Of a stretch of 20,642 nucleotides of DNA, positions 1-8,797 are shown one piece after another; the first letter of the stretch is position 1; every line of letters starts with the position of its first letter. The notes under the pieces were generated by a model. The model worked only from the letters and a program-made list of their open reading frames with translations, made no database searches and was not told the origin of the DNA. Both the position numbers and the translations under genes were made by a program. The DNA is from Candidatus Rokuibacteriota bacterium. Lineage in GTDB: Bacteria > Methylomirabilota > Methylomirabilia > Rokubacteriales > DASRDR01. The stretch is from positions 1-20,642 of the forward strand of contig JBIOTN010000002.1 in the NCBI GenBank assembly GCA_044866005.1, in the 5' to 3' direction.

Positions 1-19
1 CCGCAGAGGCCCCCTCCGA
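1..19. repeat. Partial REP-like hairpin directly after the rpoA stop (cut by window edge)
   Basis: Minus strand reads TGA-TCGGAGGGGGCC-TCTGC-GG..; the arm resembles the hairpins at 7916-7943 and 12539-12565. Confidence 0.55.
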
Positions 20-1012
20 TCAGGCTTCGAAGGCGCGGTCGCGCTGCGCCTTCAGCCGCTCGAGCTCGGCAGGGTCCAGGCGCATCCCGAGCGAGAGTCC
101 CATCTCGCCGAGGATGGTCTTGATCTCGTTGAGCGACTTCTTCCCGAAATTCTTCGTCTTGAGCAGCTCCGCCTCGCTCTTCTGGACGAGATCGGCGATC
201 GTGCGGATGTTGGCCGTCTTGAGGCAGTTGTAGGCGCGGACCGAGAGCTCGAGCTCGTCGACGCTGCGGAAGAGGTTCTCGTTCAGCTCGACTTTCTCGG
301 CCTCGACCGGGACCTCCTCCTCCGGCTCGAGCCCGCGCGGGAAGCGGGAGAGCAGGTTGAAGTGGTCCTCCAGGATGAGCGCCGCCTCGCCGACGGCGTC
401 CTCGGGGGAGACGCTGCCGTTGGTCCAGATCTCCAGCACGAGCCGCTCCGCGCCGGGGTGGCGCTTGGCCGGCTCGACCTGGAAGTTGACGCGCCGGATC
501 GGGGAGAAGTCCGCGTCGAGGATCAGCGCGTTGACCGGCACCCCCTCCAGCTCACGCTTCTCGGCCGGTCCATAGCCGCGGCCCTTCTCGACCTGGACCT
601 CCATGGCCAGCACCGCCTCGCGGTCCAGCGTGGCCAGCGGCTGCTCGGGGTTCAGCACCTCGATGTTCGCGTCCGTCTGGAAGTCGCCGGCCTTCACGAT
701 GCCGGGCCCGGTGGCCCGGAGCTGGATCAACCGATCCCGGTCCCCGTGGAGCTTGAAGACGACTTTCCGGATGTTGTTGAGGACGTCCAGGGTATCCTCG
801 AGCATGCCCGGGAGGAACGAGAACTCGTGGAGCACGTTCTCGATCTTGACCCACGTGGGCGCGGCGCCCTCGATGGACGAAAGCAGGACCCGGCGGAAGG
901 CGTTGCCCACCGTCAGCCCGAACCCGGGTTCGAACGGCTCGACGATGAACCTGCCGTGTTCGGCCGCGAGGTCCTGCCACTCGTGCTTCCGCGGGAGCTG
1001 GAGCGTCGTCAT
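20..1012 (-). CDS. rpoA: DNA-directed RNA polymerase subunit alpha (stand-alone, divergent copy), 330 aa
   Basis: [40 protein letters not shown]; alpha-[15 protein letters not shown]...[24 protein letters not shown] at 1017-1024 (-). Confidence 0.95.
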   Translation of the reverse strand: MTTLQLPRKHEWQDLAAEHGRFIVEPFEPGFGLTVGNAFRRVLLSSIEGAAPTWVKIENVLHEFSFLPGMLEDTLDVLNNIRKVVFKLHGDRDRLIQLRATGPGIVKAGDFQTDANIEVLNPEQPLATLDREAVLAMEVQVEKGRGYGPAEKRELEGVPVNALILDADFSPIRRVNFQVEPAKRHPGAERLVLEIWTNGSVSPEDAVGEAALILEDHFNLLSRFPRGLEPEEEVPVEAEKVELNENLFRSVDELELSVRAYNCLKTANIRTIADLVQKSEAELLKTKNFGKKSLNEIKTILGEMGLSLGMRLDPAELERLKAQRDRAFEA

Positions 1013-1054
1013 GCAACCTCCTCCGGTTGGCGCGGGGATACGGGACGAATCTCG

Positions 1055-1060
1055 ATTATA
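1055..1060 (-). promoter_or_regulatory. Putative sigma70 -10 box for rpoA
   Basis: Perfect TATAAT on the minus strand about 40 nt upstream of the start; only a weak -35 (TTCCCT at 17-nt spacing). Confidence 0.55.
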
Positions 1061-1089
1061 GCCCGGGATGGCCGGTCAGGGAAGAGAGG

Positions 1090-1119
1090 TTGACCCGGGC
1101 TTCGGGGCGTCACTAGAAT
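1090..1119 (+). promoter_or_regulatory. Putative sigma70 promoter for mltG
   Basis: TTGACC (1090-1095), 18 nt, TAGAAT (1114-1119). Confidence 0.65.
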
Positions 1120-1203
1120 CGACCTCATGAGTCACCGCCCGGCTCGGCCCGGTCTCCTCCCCACCCCGGCCGCCACGGGGGGCAGGGCGCCGACCACGAC
1201 CCC

Positions 1204-2250
1204 ATGAGCGCCGGGGTGTCGCCCCCGCGCGCCCGGCCGCGCTGGCGGCGGCGGGCCGCGCTCGCCCTCCTCGCCGCTCTGGCGCTGCTCGGAGGGATCG
1301 AGGCGGCGCGGGCCGTGATCCCGCCGAGCGCGCTCCGCGCGGGCCCGCGGACCGTCGAGATCCCGCCCCAGCAGGGCCTCCTCCGCATGGCCCGCACGCT
1401 GGCGGACGCGGGCGTCATCCGCAGCCGCTTCGCCTTCGTCGGCCTCGCCGTCCTCCGGGGCACGGCCCGCTCGCTCAAGGCCGGCGAGTACGAGGTACCG
1501 CGCGGGGCCTCCCTCCTCACGACGCTCCAGCTGATCGAGGCCGGGAAGGTGAAGCCGCACCTCATCGTCCTGCCGGAAGGCTTCACCGTCCGCGAGCTCG
1601 CCCGCGAGCTCGAGAGCGAAGGCGTCGCGCCCGCCGCCGACGTCCTGCGGCTCGCCACGGCGCCCTTCTTCGTCCAGAGCCTGGGGATCGACGCCGACAG
1701 CGTCGAGGGCTACCTCTACCCCGACACCTACCAGGTCACCAAGGGCATGCGGCTGGAAGAGATCCTCGGGCGCATGGTCCATCGCCTCAGGGAGAAGGTC
1801 ACGACGCCGGAGGTCCAGGCGCGGGCCGCGGCGCGGGGGCTGACCGTACACGAGCTCCTGACCCTGGCCTCGATCGTGGAGAAGGAAGCCGTCGTGCCCG
1901 AAGAGCGACGGCTCATCGCCGCGGTCTTCTGGAACCGCCTCAAGCGCGGCATGCTGCTCCAGGCCGATCCGACCGTCGCGTACGCCGTCGGAAAGGACGG
2001 GCGCGCACCGACCCGCGAGGACCTCCAGGTGAACCACCCCTTCAACACCTACCGGAACCGCGGGCTGCCGCCCGGTCCGATCGGCAATCCGAGCTTCGCC
2101 TCGGTCGAGGCCGCTCTCGACCCGGCCCCGGTCCCCTACCTCTACTTCGTCTCGATCGACGACCGACGCCACCACTTCTCCGCCACCCTGGAGGAGCACA
2201 ACCAGGCCGTGGCGCGCTATCGCGTCTTCCGCACGCGTTCCGCCCTATGA
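1204..2250 (+). CDS. mltG: Endolytic transglycosylase MltG (YceG family), 348 aa
   Basis: N-terminal TM anchor, LKAGEY, PEGFT, EGYLYPDTY, catalytic LASIVEKE, LQADPT, NTY..GLPPGPIGNP. Confidence 0.95.
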   Translation: MSAGVSPPRARPRWRRRAALALLAALALLGGIEAARAVIPPSALRAGPRTVEIPPQQGLLRMARTLADAGVIRSRFAFVGLAVLRGTARSLKAGEYEVPRGASLLTTLQLIEAGKVKPHLIVLPEGFTVRELARELESEGVAPAADVLRLATAPFFVQSLGIDADSVEGYLYPDTYQVTKGMRLEEILGRMVHRLREKVTTPEVQARAAARGLTVHELLTLASIVEKEAVVPEERRLIAAVFWNRLKRGMLLQADPTVAYAVGKDGRAPTREDLQVNHPFNTYRNRGLPPGPIGNPSFASVEAALDPAPVPYLYFVSIDDRRHHFSATLEEHNQAVARYRVFRTRSAL

Positions 2251-2253
2251 CCC

Positions 2254-2283
2254 TTGCGGGGAATTATTGACGAGTGCTATAAC
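2254..2283 (+). promoter_or_regulatory. Putative sigma70 promoter with extended -10 for plsC-argH-lipoprotein
   Basis: TTGCGG (2254-2259), 18 nt, TATAAC (2278-2283) preceded by TG at 2275-2276; AT-rich patch in GC-rich DNA. Confidence 0.6.
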
Positions 2284-2302
2284 CCCAGTGGACCCCATCC
2301 CG

Positions 2303-3031
2303 ATGAGTCACCCGCACGGAGAGACGCCGCCGGCCTCCCCGTATGCCTCGGTGTTTCCGCCGCAGGCCGTCGAGCCGCTACCCGCACTGTACTCGGCGCT
2401 CCGGCGCGCGGTCCGGCCCGTCCTGGACAGGTTCTTCGACTTCCGCGTGGCCGGGCTCGAGCACGTCCCGCGCGGGGGGCCGTTCATCGTCGCCGCCAAC
2501 CACGCCAACTACCTCGACGGCGTCGTCCTCGGCGCCGCGCTGCCGCGAAAGATCGTCTTCCTGGTCATGCCGCGCGTCTATCGCGCAACCCCGCTCCACC
2601 CCTACTTCCATCGCCACGTCGGCTCGATCCCGATCGAGCTGGCGCGCCCCGACCCCGGCGCCATCCGGCGTGCGCTTCGCGTCCTCGAAGGCGGCGGGAT
2701 CGTCGGCATCTTCCCGGAAGGTCCGTGCGGCCGGGACGGCAAGCTCGTCCGGGGCCACCCGGGCGTGGCCCTGGTCGCGCTCCGGGCCGGCGTGCCGGTC
2801 CTGCCGGCCGCGATCACGGGCACCTTCCACGCGCTGGCCGCCCGGCGCTGGCACATCCCGCGCCGCGTCCCGCTCCGCGTGCGCTTCGGCCGCGCCCTCC
2901 GGTTCACCCAGCACGCGCCGTCCCCGCTCACGCAGACCATGCGCGCGGACGTGACGAGCCGGATCATGGCGGAGATCGCGAGCCTGCTCGCCGACGAGGA
3001 GGGACAGCGCGCGGCGATCGGGACGCCCTGA
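2303..3031 (+). CDS. plsC: 1-acyl-sn-glycerol-3-phosphate acyltransferase (PlsC/LPLAT family), 242 aa
   Basis: NHANYLD (HX4D), IFPEG, VPVLP. ATG 2303 chosen because TTG 2267 lies inside the predicted promoter. Substrate specificity uncertain. Confidence 0.85.
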   Translation: MSHPHGETPPASPYASVFPPQAVEPLPALYSALRRAVRPVLDRFFDFRVAGLEHVPRGGPFIVAANHANYLDGVVLGAALPRKIVFLVMPRVYRATPLHPYFHRHVGSIPIELARPDPGAIRRALRVLEGGGIVGIFPEGPCGRDGKLVRGHPGVALVALRAGVPVLPAAITGTFHALAARRWHIPRRVPLRVRFGRALRFTQHAPSPLTQTMRADVTSRIMAEIASLLADEEGQRAAIGTP

Positions 3032-3033
3032 CG

Positions 3034-4431
3034 ATGGAGCCGCCGACCCCCTCCGGCGCCCCCTGGGGCGGGCGCTTTTCCGAGCCCCCCGACGCGAGCG
3101 CGCAGGCCTTCACGGCGTCGCTGCCCTTCGACCACCGCCTCTGGCGCTACGATCTCGAGGGGAGCGAGGCATGGGCGCGCGCGCTGGCGCGGAGCGGCGT
3201 CCTCACCGAGGCGGAGCTCCGGACGATCCTGCGCGGCCTCGGCGAGGTCCGCGAGGAGCTCGCGGAGGGACGCTTCCCGTTCCGGCTCGAGCTGGAAGAC
3301 ATCCACATGAACGTCGAGCGCCGGCTCACGGAGAAGGTGGGGCCGGTCGGCGGCAAGCTGCACACGGGCCGGTCCCGCAACGACCAGGTCGCCCTGGACA
3401 TGCGGCTCTGGCTGCGCGCGGAGATCGACGCGATCCTCCCGGCGATCCGGGCGGTGCAGGCCGCGCTCGTCGAGCAAGCCGAGCGGCATCGCGACTGCCC
3501 CATGCCCGGCTACACCCACCTCCAGCGCGCCCAGCCGATCCTCCTGGCGCACCACCTGCTGGCCTACGTCTTCATGCTCCAGCGCGACCGCGGGCGTTAC
3601 GCGGACGCGCGCCGCCGGCTGGACGTCCTCCCGCTCGGCGCCGCCGCGCTCGCGGGCACGACGGTCCCCGTGGACCGCCACGCGCTCGCCCGCGACCTCG
3701 GCTTCGCCGCCCCCAGCCCCAACAGCCTGGACGCCGTCTCGGATCGGGACTTCGCCGTGGAGTTCCTCGCCGCGTCGGCCATCCTCGCCATGCACCTCTC
3801 GCGCCTCGGCGAGGAGCTGGTCCTGTGGGCGTCCGCCGAGTTCGGCTTCGTCGAGCTGCCCGACGCCTTCGCGACGGGCTCGTCGATCATGCCGCAGAAG
3901 AAGAACCCGGACATCGCGGAGCTGGTGCGGGGCAAGACCGGCCGGGTGTACGGCGACCTCGTGCGCCTCCTGACGGTGATGAAGGGCCTCCCCCTCGCCT
4001 ACCATTCGGACATGCAGGAGGACAAGGAGGCCTTCTTCGACGCGGCCGACACCGTCCGCGGCTGCCTCGGCATCCTGGCGCCGTTCCTCCGCGGCCTCCG
4101 CTTCCGTGTCGACCGGCTCCGGGCGCTCGCCGGCGAGGGGTACACGACGGCCACCGATCTCGCCGACTACCTCGCGCGGAAGGGCGTCCCCTTCCGGCTG
4201 GCGCACGAGGTGGTGGGGAAGGCGGTGGCGCTTGCCGTCGCGCGCGGCGTCGGCCTCCACGAGCTCCCGCTCGAGGAGCTCCGCGTGCTGTCGCCGTTCT
4301 TCGACGCCGACTTCCGGGAGGCGGTCAGCGTGGACGCGTCGCTGGCCGCCCGCCAGGTCTACGGCGGAACGGCGCCGAAGGCGGTGCAGCAGGAGCTCCT
4401 CGAGGCGCGGGCCCTTCTGGAGGCGCCGTGA
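3034..4431 (+). CDS. argH: Argininosuccinate lyase, 465 aa
   Basis: WGGRF, EDIHMNVE, LHTGRSRNDQ, MPGYTHLQRAQP, GSSIMPQKKNPD, GVPFRLAHEVVG. Confidence 0.97.
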   Translation: MEPPTPSGAPWGGRFSEPPDASAQAFTASLPFDHRLWRYDLEGSEAWARALARSGVLTEAELRTILRGLGEVREELAEGRFPFRLELEDIHMNVERRLTEKVGPVGGKLHTGRSRNDQVALDMRLWLRAEIDAILPAIRAVQAALVEQAERHRDCPMPGYTHLQRAQPILLAHHLLAYVFMLQRDRGRYADARRRLDVLPLGAAALAGTTVPVDRHALARDLGFAAPSPNSLDAVSDRDFAVEFLAASAILAMHLSRLGEELVLWASAEFGFVELPDAFATGSSIMPQKKNPDIAELVRGKTGRVYGDLVRLLTVMKGLPLAYHSDMQEDKEAFFDAADTVRGCLGILAPFLRGLRFRVDRLRALAGEGYTTATDLADYLARKGVPFRLAHEVVGKAVALAVARGVGLHELPLEELRVLSPFFDADFREAVSVDASLAARQVYGGTAPKAVQQELLEARALLEAP

Positions 4432-5549
4432 GGGTGCGCCTCGGGTCAGCCGGGTGGGCGGCGCTCCTCCTCGCCCTCCTCGTCCCCCTGGCGCTCGCCG
4501 CGTGCGGCCGGCGCGGCCCGCCGGTCGCGCCGGAGCGTCGCCTGCCCGCCGCGGTCCAGGACCTCTCGGCGACGGTGGTCGGCGAAGGCGTGCGCCTGGC
4601 GTGGACGCTCCCCCGGATCCGCGTGGACCGGAGCCAGCTGAAGGAGCTGCGGCGGACCGAGGTCTACCGGCGGCTCGAGGACGCCGGCGAGGCGACGCCG
4701 CCGCGACCGGCCATCCTCACGATCGGCGGCTTCTTCGGCGGCCCGAGCGGCGTGGCCGGGTTCGAGCGCGTGGCCACGATCGCGCTCGCCGCCCCGGCGC
4801 CGGCGGAGCTGGCCGGGAACCGGGTCAGCTACACCGATGCCCAGGGCCTCACCCTCGGCCGCCGCTACACCTACGTCGTGCTGGCCGTGGACGAGCAGGG
4901 CCGCGCAAGCCCCCCGTCGAATCGCATCGTGGTGGCGGTCGCGCCGCCGCCCAAACCGCCGACGGGGCTCACCGTCGAGCCGGGCGACGGCCAGGTCCGC
5001 CTGACCTGGAAGGCGCCGGAGAGCCTCGAGGACGGCTCGCCGGTGGAGGGGCCCGTCCTCTACGAGGTCTTCCGCGCGCCCTCCCGCGAGGCGCGCCCGG
5101 CGCGCCCGGTGACCCCGGAGCCCGTCGCGACCCCGTCGTTCGTGGACCTCGGCGTGGAGAACGACGCGACCTACTACTACTCGGTCCGCGCGCGCCTCGG
5201 CGCGGCGGGCCCGGCGAGCCGACCGACCGACGTGGTCGTCGCGACGCCCGAGGACATGACCCCGCCCGCGCAACCGCGGGGGCTCGTCGCGGTGCCCGCC
5301 GAGGGGCGGGTGCGCCTGGCCTGGGAGCCGGTCGCCGATCGGGACGTCGCCGGCTACCGCGTCTACCGGAGTACGACGCCGGGGCGGGGCTACGAGCTGC
5401 TCACCGGCGCCCTCCAGCCCGCCACGACGTACGTGGACGCCGGCGCGCGGCCGGGCCAGACGTACTACTACGTCGTCACCGCCGTCGACCGCGCGCGCCG
5501 CGCCAACGAGTCGGTCCCCTCGCCGGAGGTCTCCGTCCGCCTACCCTGA
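4428..5549 (+). CDS. Lipoprotein with about 3 fibronectin type III domains, 373 aa
   Basis: GTGA overlap with argH stop; signal peptide with lipobox LAAC (Cys at 4503); repeated V.L.W / Y.VYR / YxYxVxAVD FN3 patterns. Confidence 0.85.
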   Translation: MRVRLGSAGWAALLLALLVPLALAACGRRGPPVAPERRLPAAVQDLSATVVGEGVRLAWTLPRIRVDRSQLKELRRTEVYRRLEDAGEATPPRPAILTIGGFFGGPSGVAGFERVATIALAAPAPAELAGNRVSYTDAQGLTLGRRYTYVVLAVDEQGRASPPSNRIVVAVAPPPKPPTGLTVEPGDGQVRLTWKAPESLEDGSPVEGPVLYEVFRAPSREARPARPVTPEPVATPSFVDLGVENDATYYYSVRARLGAAGPASRPTDVVVATPEDMTPPAQPRGLVAVPAEGRVRLAWEPVADRDVAGYRVYRSTTPGRGYELLTGALQPATTYVDAGARPGQTYYYVVTAVDRARRANESVPSPEVSVRLP

Positions 5550-5588
5550 CGGCCGCGTCCTGGCGGCGATGTCTGCCCGGGCGCGCGC

Positions 5589-5617
5589 TTGATTTGCCCG
5601 AACCTGCATGCTACCGT
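5589..5617 (+). promoter_or_regulatory. Putative sigma70 promoter for lysA-dap genes
   Basis: TTGATT (5589-5594), 17 nt, TACCGT (5612-5617) with TG at 5609-5610. Confidence 0.55.
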
Positions 5618-5642
5618 CGCACAAACGGCTCGCGGCACGCGC

Positions 5643-6908
5643 ATGAACGCCTTCGGCTACCACGACGGCCAGCTCCACTGCGAAGGGGCGCCTCTCCCGG
5701 CGATCGCCGAGGCGGTCGGCACGCCGACCTACGTCTACTCCGCCGGCGCGATCCTGAACGCCTACGAGGCCTACGAGCGGGCCCTGGGGGGCCTCCCGCA
5801 CCTCTCCTGCTACGCGGTCAAGGCGAACATGAACCTGGCGGTGCTCGCCCTGCTCGCCCAGGCCGGCGCGGGCGCCGACGTCGTCTCGGGCGGCGAGCTC
5901 TACCGCGCGCTGCGCGCCGGGTTCGATCCGCAGAAGATCGTCTTCGCGGGCGTCGGCAAGAACCGGGACGAGATCCGGGAAGGCCTCAAGGCCGACGTCC
6001 TCTGCTTCAACGTCGAGTCGCCGGCGGAGCTCGCCGCGATCGACGAGGTGGCGCGAGCGGAGGGCACGCGGGCGCGGATCGGGATCCGGGTGAACCCCGA
6101 CATCGATCCGGAGACGCACCCCTACATCGCCACCGGGCTCAGGACCTCGAAGTTCGGGATCGCCTACCGCGAGGCGCGCGACGTCTACCGGCGGGCCGCC
6201 GGCCTCCCCGGGATCGAGGTGGTCGGCGTCCACATGCACATCGGGTCCCAGCTCACGAAGGTGACGCCGATCGCCGATTCGCTGACCCGGGTGGCCGACC
6301 TCGTCGAACGCCTGGCGGAGGACGGGATCACGCTCCGCTACCTGGACGTGGGCGGCGGGCTCGGCATCCGCTACCGCGAGGAGACCCCGCCGAACCCGGC
6401 CGACTACGTCCGCGCGCTCAAGCCCGCGCTGGAGCGGCTCGGGCTCACGGTCCTTCTCGAGCCCGGGCGCTCGATCGTCGGCAACGCCGGGGCGCTCCTC
6501 ACGCGCGTCCTCTACCGGAAGACGACCGAGGGGCGGCGCTTCCTGGTCGTGGACGCCGCGATGAACGACCTCATCCGGCCGGCGCTCTACAACGCCCACC
6601 ACGAGATCCGCCCGGCGGTCGAGCCGCCCGCCGCCGCGACGCTGGAGACCGTGGACGTGGTCGGCCCGGTCTGCGAGTCGGCCGATTTCCTCGCCAAGGA
6701 GCGCCCGCTACCCCCGGTCGCCGAAGGCGCGCTGCTGGCCGTGCTCTCGGCCGGCGCCTACGCCTTCGCCATGGCCTCGAACTACAACGCCCGGCCGCGC
6801 GCCGCCGAGGTGCTGGTCCAGGGGGACCGGTTCCAGGTGGTGCGCCGGCGCGAGAGCTACGAGGACCTGATCGCGGGCGAGAGCACGTGGGCGGACCCCT
6901 CGCCGTAA
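5643..6908 (+). CDS. lysA: Diaminopimelate decarboxylase, 421 aa
   Basis: GTPTYVYS, PLP-Lys YAVKAN, HMHIGSQ, DVGGGLG, EPGRSIV, GPVCESAD, MASNYN. Confidence 0.97.
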   Translation: MNAFGYHDGQLHCEGAPLPAIAEAVGTPTYVYSAGAILNAYEAYERALGGLPHLSCYAVKANMNLAVLALLAQAGAGADVVSGGELYRALRAGFDPQKIVFAGVGKNRDEIREGLKADVLCFNVESPAELAAIDEVARAEGTRARIGIRVNPDIDPETHPYIATGLRTSKFGIAYREARDVYRRAAGLPGIEVVGVHMHIGSQLTKVTPIADSLTRVADLVERLAEDGITLRYLDVGGGLGIRYREETPPNPADYVRALKPALERLGLTVLLEPGRSIVGNAGALLTRVLYRKTTEGRRFLVVDAAMNDLIRPALYNAHHEIRPAVEPPAAATLETVDVVGPVCESADFLAKERPLPPVAEGALLAVLSAGAYAFAMASNYNARPRAAEVLVQGDRFQVVRRRESYEDLIAGESTWADPSP

Positions 6909-6922
6909 GAAGGAGAACCACG

Positions 6923-7813
6923 ATGCGACGGACCTTCCAGGGCTCCCTGGTCGCCATGGTCACGCCGTTCCACGACGGGAAGGTCGACGAGGCGAAGCTC
7001 CGCGAGCTGGTCGAGTTCCACGTCGGCAACGGCACCGACGGGCTCGTCCCCTGCGGCACCACCGGCGAGTCGCCCACCCTGAGCCACGACGAGCACAAAC
7101 GGGTCGTGGAGATCGTCGTCAAGGCCGCCGCCGGGCGCATCCCCGTGGTCGCCGGCACCGGCTCGAACTCGACGGCGGAGGCGATCGAGATGACCGTCCA
7201 CGCCGCGAAGGCCGGTGCCGACGGGGCGCTCCTCGTCTCCCCCTACTACAACAAGCCCACCCAGCAGGGACTCTACCAGCACTTCCGCGCGGTCGCGCAG
7301 GCGGCGCCCGAGCTGCCGCTGATCCTCTACAACATCCAGGGCCGCACCGCCGTCAACATCGAGACCGAGACCGTCGCGCGCCTCGCCGAGATCCGCAACA
7401 TCGTCGGGGTCAAGGAAGCCTCCGGAAACCTCGACCAGATGACCTCGGTGGTCCTCGCCTGCGGGGCCGACTTCACGGTCCTGTCGGGGGACGACTCGCT
7501 CACCCTCCCGCTGATGGCGGTGGGCGGACGCGGCGTCATCTCGGTCGTGGCCAACGTCCTGCCGAAGGAGGTCGCCGAGCTGACCCACGCGGCGCTCGAC
7601 GGCGACTGGAAGCGCGCCCGCGAGCTGCACGGGAAGCTCTTCCCGATCTGCCGGGGAATGTTCATGGAGACGAACCCGATCCCGGTCAAGGAAGCGATGG
7701 CGATGCTCGGGCTCTGCCGCGCCGAATGGCGGCTCCCCCTGTGCCCGATGAGCGACGCCAACCGGGATCGCCTCCGCAAGATCCTCCTCAACGCCGGCGT
7801 CCTGAAAGCCTAG
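6923..7813 (+). CDS. dapA: 4-hydroxy-tetrahydrodipicolinate synthase, 296 aa
   Basis: VAMVTPF, CGTTGES, PYYNKP, YNIQGRT, GVKEASG, TNPIPVK; SD AAGGAG at 6910-6915. Confidence 0.97.
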   Translation: MRRTFQGSLVAMVTPFHDGKVDEAKLRELVEFHVGNGTDGLVPCGTTGESPTLSHDEHKRVVEIVVKAAAGRIPVVAGTGSNSTAEAIEMTVHAAKAGADGALLVSPYYNKPTQQGLYQHFRAVAQAAPELPLILYNIQGRTAVNIETETVARLAEIRNIVGVKEASGNLDQMTSVVLACGADFTVLSGDDSLTLPLMAVGGRGVISVVANVLPKEVAELTHAALDGDWKRARELHGKLFPICRGMFMETNPIPVKEAMAMLGLCRAEWRLPLCPMSDANRDRLRKILLNAGVLKA

Positions 7814-7954
7814 CAGGATGCTGAAGAAGGACGCCAGCGGCGAGAGACCCCTCGCGCCAGGAACGAGGCGCTCCGGGCGCGGGCTGGGCCCGCGCAACCC
7901 TCCCGGGGGGAGGAATCGGAGGGGGGCAGAGCCCCCCATCCGAGAGATCTCTAG
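7810..7954. repeat. CTAG-flanked palindrome-rich intergenic element (REP/MITE-like)
   Basis: CTAG at 7810-7813 and 7951-7954; hairpins GCGCGGGC-TGG-GCCCGCGC (7877-7895) and TCGGAGGGGGGC-AGA-GCCCCCCaTCCGA (7916-7943). Confidence 0.55.
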
Positions 7955-7972
7955 GCCCGCGCGCAGACCCCC

Positions 7973-8797
7973 GTGGTCGAGGTAGTCGTCGCCGGCGCCG
8001 CCGGCCGCATGGGCGGCCGGATCCTCGCGCTGGCGCGCGAGAGCCCGGACATTCGCGTGGCCGCCGCGCTGGAGCGGCCCGGACACCCGGCGCTGGGCCA
8101 GGACGCCGGCGGGCTGGCCGGCATCGGGCCGCTCGGCGTCCCGGTCAGCGACGACCCGGCCCCCGCCCTGACCCGCGACCGCGTGCTGGTCGAGTTCACG
8201 ACCCCCGAAGCGACGCTCGAGCACCTCCGCCTGGCCGCCGCGCAGGGCGCGCGGGCCGTCGTCGGCACGACGGGCCTCCAGCCGGCGCAGACCGACGAGC
8301 TGGCGGCGCTGGCGCGCCGCACCGCGGTCGTCTACTCCCCGAACATGAGCATCGGCGTGAACCTGGCGTTCCGCGTGCTGGCGCTCATGGCGCGCGCGCT
8401 CGGCGACGAGTACGACGTCGAGATCACCGAGATCCACCACCGGACGAAGAAGGACGCCCCGAGCGGGACCGCGCAGCGCATGGCCGAGGTGATCGCCGAG
8501 GCGCTCGGCCGGGACCTCGGGAAGGTCGGCGTCTACGGCCGGCACGGGATGGTCGGAGAGCGCGGGGCGAAGGAGATCGGCGTCCACGCGCTCCGGGGAG
8601 GCGACGTGGCGGGCGAGCACACGGTCGTCTTCTCCACGCTCGGCGAGCGGCTCGAGCTGACCCACCGCGCCCACAGCCGCGACACCTTCGCGCGCGGGGC
8701 GCTGCGCGCGGTGCGCTTCGTCGCAACGGCCAAGCCCGGCCTCTACTCCATGCACGACGTGCTCCGGATCCGGGCCCGCGAGGAGGAGAACCCCTGA
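7973..8797 (+). CDS. dapB: 4-hydroxy-tetrahydrodipicolinate reductase, 274 aa
   Basis: GAAGRMG, VVGTTG, PNMSIGVN, EIHHRTKKDAPSGTA, R..FARGA. Confidence 0.97.
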   Translation: MVEVVVAGAAGRMGGRILALARESPDIRVAAALERPGHPALGQDAGGLAGIGPLGVPVSDDPAPALTRDRVLVEFTTPEATLEHLRLAAAQGARAVVGTTGLQPAQTDELAALARRTAVVYSPNMSIGVNLAFRVLALMARALGDEYDVEITEIHHRTKKDAPSGTAQRMAEVIAEALGRDLGKVGVYGRHGMVGERGAKEIGVHALRGGDVAGEHTVVFSTLGERLELTHRAHSRDTFARGALRAVRFVATAKPGLYSMHDVLRIRAREEENP

